This document shows positions 60,227-64,000 of a stretch of 64,000 nt of DNA, piece by piece. Position 1 is the stretch's first letter; each line of letters opens with the position of its first letter. Location: positions 4,480,001 to 4,544,000 of the forward strand of contig OZ242195.1 in the NCBI GenBank assembly GCA_965205975.1, written 5' to 3'. A program made the translations under genes and the position numbers. Below the pieces are notes generated by a model. It made no database searches, was not told the DNA's origin, and saw only the letters and a program-made list of their open reading frames with translations. Source of the DNA: Candidatus Latescibacterota bacterium (GTDB lineage Bacteria > Latescibacterota > UBA2968).

Positions 60227-61732
60227 TTACTCTCCTTTTGGCGTTTTAAAGGCTTGTACGAAGATCAAGAAGTCGCCAAATCCCACTTTGCCGTCCAGGT
60301 CCAGGTCAAAGGGGGCGAATACAGTCGCGTATTCGCCTACGATTTTTCCGTAGGCGTTGGCGAATAGGAGAAAGTCTCCAAAATCTATTTTTCCGTTGCT
60401 GTCAAAGTCTGCGTTGCGGGAGGTGCTGGCTTTGAGAAAAAGTCGTCGGATAGTTCTGAAGATTTCGTCGTCGGGCGCTTTGGGCAGGGCGTAGGTTACG
60501 ACGCCTTCGCAGAAACCCTGTCGCCTTTGTATCAGTGCCATTTTCACTTTGTCTCGGATGCGCTCGGCTGTGCCGGGTTCCCCGTTCCGTTTTACAAATT
60601 GGTATCGGGTTGCCGCTATCATGACGATTAGTGGTATGCGATATCTGCCCGCACCCTGATAGGCAGGTTCAAAGTTCACGGTCCAGCGTCCTTTAACTAT
60701 TTGTTGCCAGTTTTCTTCTGGTACGAGGCCCTGTACAACGGGTTCCTGTATTTCTACGAGTACGGGAAAGTTGGATACGCGCTTGCGGTCATATACGCGA
60801 ATGGTCAGGGTTATATGTGTTTTCTGGTTCACCAGTGGGGCGAGGTTTAATTCTTCTGTTTGCCAGGCTTTTTCGCCGCCAGCCACGTCTTCTTCCCACG
60901 CGATCTGGTCATCTATGAGCAATTGTTTGAAATGGTAGCCCGCTGTTGGTCCTTCATAGCCGTCTTGTTGCGTCAATCGAAGTGTATAGTGCTCGGCGTT
61001 GGGCAGTACGCGAAATTGCCTCTGGAGACTTGCGGCGTCGCCCATTGCCGAGCGGGTGTATGCGGGATAGGAGAATTGCCATCTCGCGGGTGTGTCTCGC
61101 TGGTCGTTGAGCAATTGCCATGTCCGTTGTACGGTTTGCGCGGTTTTGGGATAGGCGGCGACTACGCCGTCGATTGCGTTCCCATAGTTTGCGACAAATG
61201 CCCGGTCCATTTCGGGGTAATACATCAGGGGCCAGAATTCCATGTTGGGGTTGATGGCCCGCGCTGTTTGGCGCATGGTGGATACATAGGCGGGGGTATA
61301 TAGGTTTCGGTTGGCCCAGAAGTCGTCGATTACAAATGCTTTCAAATTGGGATAGGCGAGTGATAATAGCGCGATTTCTTCTGCCCAGCGTATGTAATTT
61401 AGACGAAATGGTTCGGAATATCGCGTGCCGTATATCGGCGGGCTTTCTGTAGGCGGTACGAGATAGACCCAGGTGTCGATGCCCGCTTTTTGCGCTGCGG
61501 GTAAAAATAGTTTCAGGTCTTCCCAATCGGTTTCTCTGTGCCAGATGAGAAAGAAGTAGGTGTTGACGCGGAGTTCCGTCAAGCGGCGTATGAGTACGGG
61601 TATATCTACGCGACCGTCGCTTCCTCTTACTTCCGCGTTGTAATCGGCGATTACAGGCGGCGGACTCGCATGCAGGGGCCCCGCGGTGAATACCAGTAGT
61701 ATCCAGATCAGAACTTTCAATTTGTGAGTCAT
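60227..61732 (-). CDS. Secreted putative glycoside-hydrolase-like (TIM-barrel-like) protein with C-terminal dockerin-like double EF-hand
   Basis: Signal peptide (LHA-S); VNTYFF...W.DL..FL..A, AFVIDDF; beta insert; C-terminal ADFDSNGKIDFGDFLLFA.AYG and DLDLDGKVGFGDFLIF..AF. Confidence 0.7.
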   Translation of the reverse strand: MTHKLKVLIWILLVFTAGPLHASPPPVIADYNAEVRGSDGRVDIPVLIRRLTELRVNTYFFLIWHRETDWEDLKLFLPAAQKAGIDTWVYLVPPTESPPIYGTRYSEPFRLNYIRWAEEIALLSLAYPNLKAFVIDDFWANRNLYTPAYVSTMRQTARAINPNMEFWPLMYYPEMDRAFVANYGNAIDGVVAAYPKTAQTVQRTWQLLNDQRDTPARWQFSYPAYTRSAMGDAASLQRQFRVLPNAEHYTLRLTQQDGYEGPTAGYHFKQLLIDDQIAWEEDVAGGEKAWQTEELNLAPLVNQKTHITLTIRVYDRKRVSNFPVLVEIQEPVVQGLVPEENWQQIVKGRWTVNFEPAYQGAGRYRIPLIVMIAATRYQFVKRNGEPGTAERIRDKVKMALIQRRQGFCEGVVTYALPKAPDDEIFRTIRRLFLKASTSRNADFDSNGKIDFGDFLLFANAYGKIVGEYATVFAPFDLDLDGKVGFGDFLIFVQAFKTPKGE

Positions 61733-61887
61733 TTAAAAATGTCTTTGCGATAAATTTTTATAGCTTGTTGCCGCTATATGTGACTATATTAGGCAAAGTT
61801 AGTTAAGAAAAAGTAAGTCGTCAAAGGCCTGAAAAGCAACACAAAATGAATTAGCATAATATATTCTGTGACTGAATTGGAGCAACA

Positions 61888-62736
61888 ATGGGCAAACTTA
61901 TAGCTTTTGGTTGGTATGGAGGCAAGTTCAGCCATCTCGATTGGTTGCTTCCATTGCTACCTGAAGCTCAGCATTTCTGTGAGCCGTTTGGTGGTTCGGC
62001 GGCAGTTCTGCTGAACCGAAGGCCATCGCCTGTTGAAACCTATAATGACATTGATGGCGAGATCGCCAACTTCTTCCGGGTGCTGAGGGATCGTAAGAAC
62101 AAGTTGGTAGAGGCAATTGGTCTGACACCATTTTCCCGTGAAGAGTTCGAAAGTGCGATTAATGAGCTGGCTCACGACGTATCAGATGTAGAGAGGGCAA
62201 GACGTTTTTATATTCGCGCCAGGCAAGTCCGCACTGGCTTGGCGCAGAAGGCCAGCGCAGGTAGATGGGCGCACTGCCGCCTGACGAGCCGCGCAGGTAT
62301 GGCGGGAGCTGTCTCTCGATGGCTTGGAGCCGTTGAAGACCTTCCCCTCATTGCACAGAGGCTTCTTCGCGTTCAGATAGAGAATGACAAAGCAACCAAC
62401 GTGATCAAGCGTTATGACAGCGAAGACACCTTGTTCTATTGTGATCCACCTTATCCTCATGATTCTCGTGGCGACATCAATGCCTACGGCTACGAAATGA
62501 CGGACGATGAACACAGAGAGTTGGCTGAAGTGCTCCATAAGGTAAATGGCAGAGTTGCCCTATCCAGCTATCGCTCCAAATTGATGGACGAACTCTATGG
62601 GGATTGGCGTTGTATAGAAGCCCCTGCAAAGGTCGTTCATTCTGTGAAAACCTTCAGACAAGAACTCCTCTGGATAAACTACGAACCCGATAGTGTGGAG
62701 AGTCCACGCCCAGTCCACCAGGAATCCTTTCTATAG
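61888..62736 (+). CDS. DNA adenine methyltransferase (Dam/D12 class)
   Basis: WYGGK, EPFGGSAAV, YNDID, FYCDPPY (motif IV), ELLW.NY; SD GGAG. Confidence 0.92.
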   Translation: MGKLIAFGWYGGKFSHLDWLLPLLPEAQHFCEPFGGSAAVLLNRRPSPVETYNDIDGEIANFFRVLRDRKNKLVEAIGLTPFSREEFESAINELAHDVSDVERARRFYIRARQVRTGLAQKASAGRWAHCRLTSRAGMAGAVSRWLGAVEDLPLIAQRLLRVQIENDKATNVIKRYDSEDTLFYCDPPYPHDSRGDINAYGYEMTDDEHRELAEVLHKVNGRVALSSYRSKLMDELYGDWRCIEAPAKVVHSVKTFRQELLWINYEPDSVESPRPVHQESFL

Positions 62737-63830
62737 TTTTTCAGCGTGCATCCGAGAATCTCGATAAGTCTCTCATAGACGATGTCGGGATAGCGAACAG
62801 CATAGAGTATATTTGCAGGAATGTACAGAACAGGGCTGGTACTCGACTATTGATGGCTTCATTACTCGCCAAAATTCATCGCCCGGAGGTGGATATACGC
62901 AAGCCTTACACTGAAATTGGAGATGACGACACCTACTCAGGAAGGACCTACGACGAATCCTATGTATCCACATTCATCAACCAGCATGATCTTCCCTGTA
63001 ACTCAACCACTGCATTTCTAACGCCTGCGTTCAGAAATAGGAATATTGTGTTGACGCCAGATGTGAACCTTGTGGGACGACCTCCGAAATTATACCAGAC
63101 AGTTCTACAACTCCTCAACCATGTATATATGGGTAGAGTTTCACCAGATGATTTGCTGGCAGAAACTGTAAGACATCTTCTTATAGTTAGAAATGAGGGG
63201 CAGCAACAAATCACGTCATTGCGTGCAGACTTGAAAACCTCAGAAGAATCCGTTCCTCTTTCATCTGAGGCTATCGTTTCCCTCATCCAACAACATCTCG
63301 CCTCTCCTCGTTCAAGTCGGCTGCCAGTACTGGTTGTCGCGGCGGCCTACCAATGCGCTTCCGATCACTTGAGAGAACGAGTGCTTCCACTCGAATCTCA
63401 CACATCCGCCGACGAACAGACCGGAGCACTTGGGGACGTACAGATTACTTTGATTGGTGACGACGCTGTGGCCACGGCTTATGAAATGAAAACAAGGCGC
63501 GTGACGCAGGAGGATATTAATCGCGCTCTTCAAAAGCTCAGCACCAGTGGCCTGAGAATAGACAATTATATTTTTATTACTACGGACGAGATTGACCAGA
63601 GAGTTCAAGAATATGCCAAAGGTATATACGATGAGACTGGCGGTATTGAGGTAGTTATTCTGGATTGTATAGGCTTCTTGCGTCATTTCCTGCACCTGTT
63701 TCACAGGATTCGCACAAATTATCTCGAAGCCTATCAAAACCTCGTCCTCGCTGAGCCGCATAGTGCTGTCAGCCAACCCCTGAAAGTGGCGTTCTTGGCT
63801 TTGCGCCGGGCGGCTGAGAGCGGTGAATAA
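62706..63830 (+). CDS. Putative type II restriction endonuclease (SacI-like PD-(D/E)xK); start probably ACG 62706 rather than TTG 62850
   Basis: Directly follows the MTase; H.SAD..TG..GDVQI...YEMK catalytic-type motif. The frame is open from 62694 with no ATG/GTG/TTG until 62850; GGAG lies 5 nt before ACG 62706. Confidence 0.72.
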   Translation, partial: TPSPPGILSIVFQRASENLDKSLIDDVGIANSIEYICRNVQNRAGTRLLMASLLAKIHRPEVDIRKPYTEIGDDDTYSGRTYDESYVSTFINQHDLPCNSTTAFLTPAFRNRNIVLTPDVNLVGRPPKLYQTVLQLLNHVYMGRVSPDDLLAETVRHLLIVRNEGQQQITSLRADLKTSEESVPLSSEAIVSLIQQHLASPRSSRLPVLVVAAAYQCASDHLRERVLPLESHTSADEQTGALGDVQITLIGDDAVATAYEMKTRRVTQEDINRALQKLSTSGLRIDNYIFITTDEIDQRVQEYAKGIYDETGGIEVVILDCIGFLRHFLHLFHRIRTNYLEAYQNLVLAEPHSAVSQPLKVAFLALRRAAESGE

Positions 63831-63922
63831 TTCGATATTTTGAGTAAGTGGTCAGTAAAAAATCTGAGCTTGCTTTAAGTGAGCATTTGACGATATCGCA
63901 GAGCCTTTTTTTCTAAAACACT

Positions 63923-64000
63923 ATGGCCCTTCCCGAATCCCTGTCTCCCACATCTGAAGATGCCCAACGAAGAGCGGCGCGCATTACGCCTCGCAGTGTC
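63923..64000 (+). CDS. Start of a CDS running off the window, possibly another DUF6785-like protein
   Basis: ATG 63923 gives MALPESLSPTSEDAQRRAARITPRSV; ITPRSV resembles VTVRSL at the start of the 36155-38140 product. Confidence 0.35.
   Translation, partial: MALPESLSPTSEDAQRRAARITPRSV

Overview
Bacterial chromosomal window, probably from a diderm FCB-related lineage such as Ca. Latescibacterota and possibly a sponge symbiont (inferred from the GWxTD proteins, PorV/T9SS-type cargo, dockerin-like EF-hand tail and Calx-beta/FN3 giant protein). Left: housekeeping block with a TPR lipoprotein running off the edge, a carB split into two genes, nnr, two tRNA-Ser, gltX and tRNA-Gln. Next comes a GC-rich 3607-aa autotransporter-type giant adhesin with a consensus sigma-54 promoter, then small genes (NIPSNAP, DNase I-like lipoprotein, ConA-like protein, cold-shock protein). 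From about 23 to 62 kb nearly everything is on the minus strand: a degenerate M28-peptidase/FtsX fusion, a HigBA-like TA pair, five TPR-GWxTD paralogues, a DUF6785-type membrane protein, a methyltransferase/DPM1-like GT2 fusion, a TMTC-like O-mannosyltransferase homologue, an OMP-TonB receptor-T9SS cargo-PorV cassette and a catabolic cluster. The window ends with a type II R-M pair whose endonuclease appears to start at ACG. The best candidate for an undescribed system is the tightly coupled TMTC-like GT-C / MTase-GT2 / GWxTD-array / DUF6785 locus beside the TBDR-T9SS cargo-PorV cassette, read as a possible envelope protein glycosylation or assembly system. All calls come from motif recognition by eye; no database search was run.
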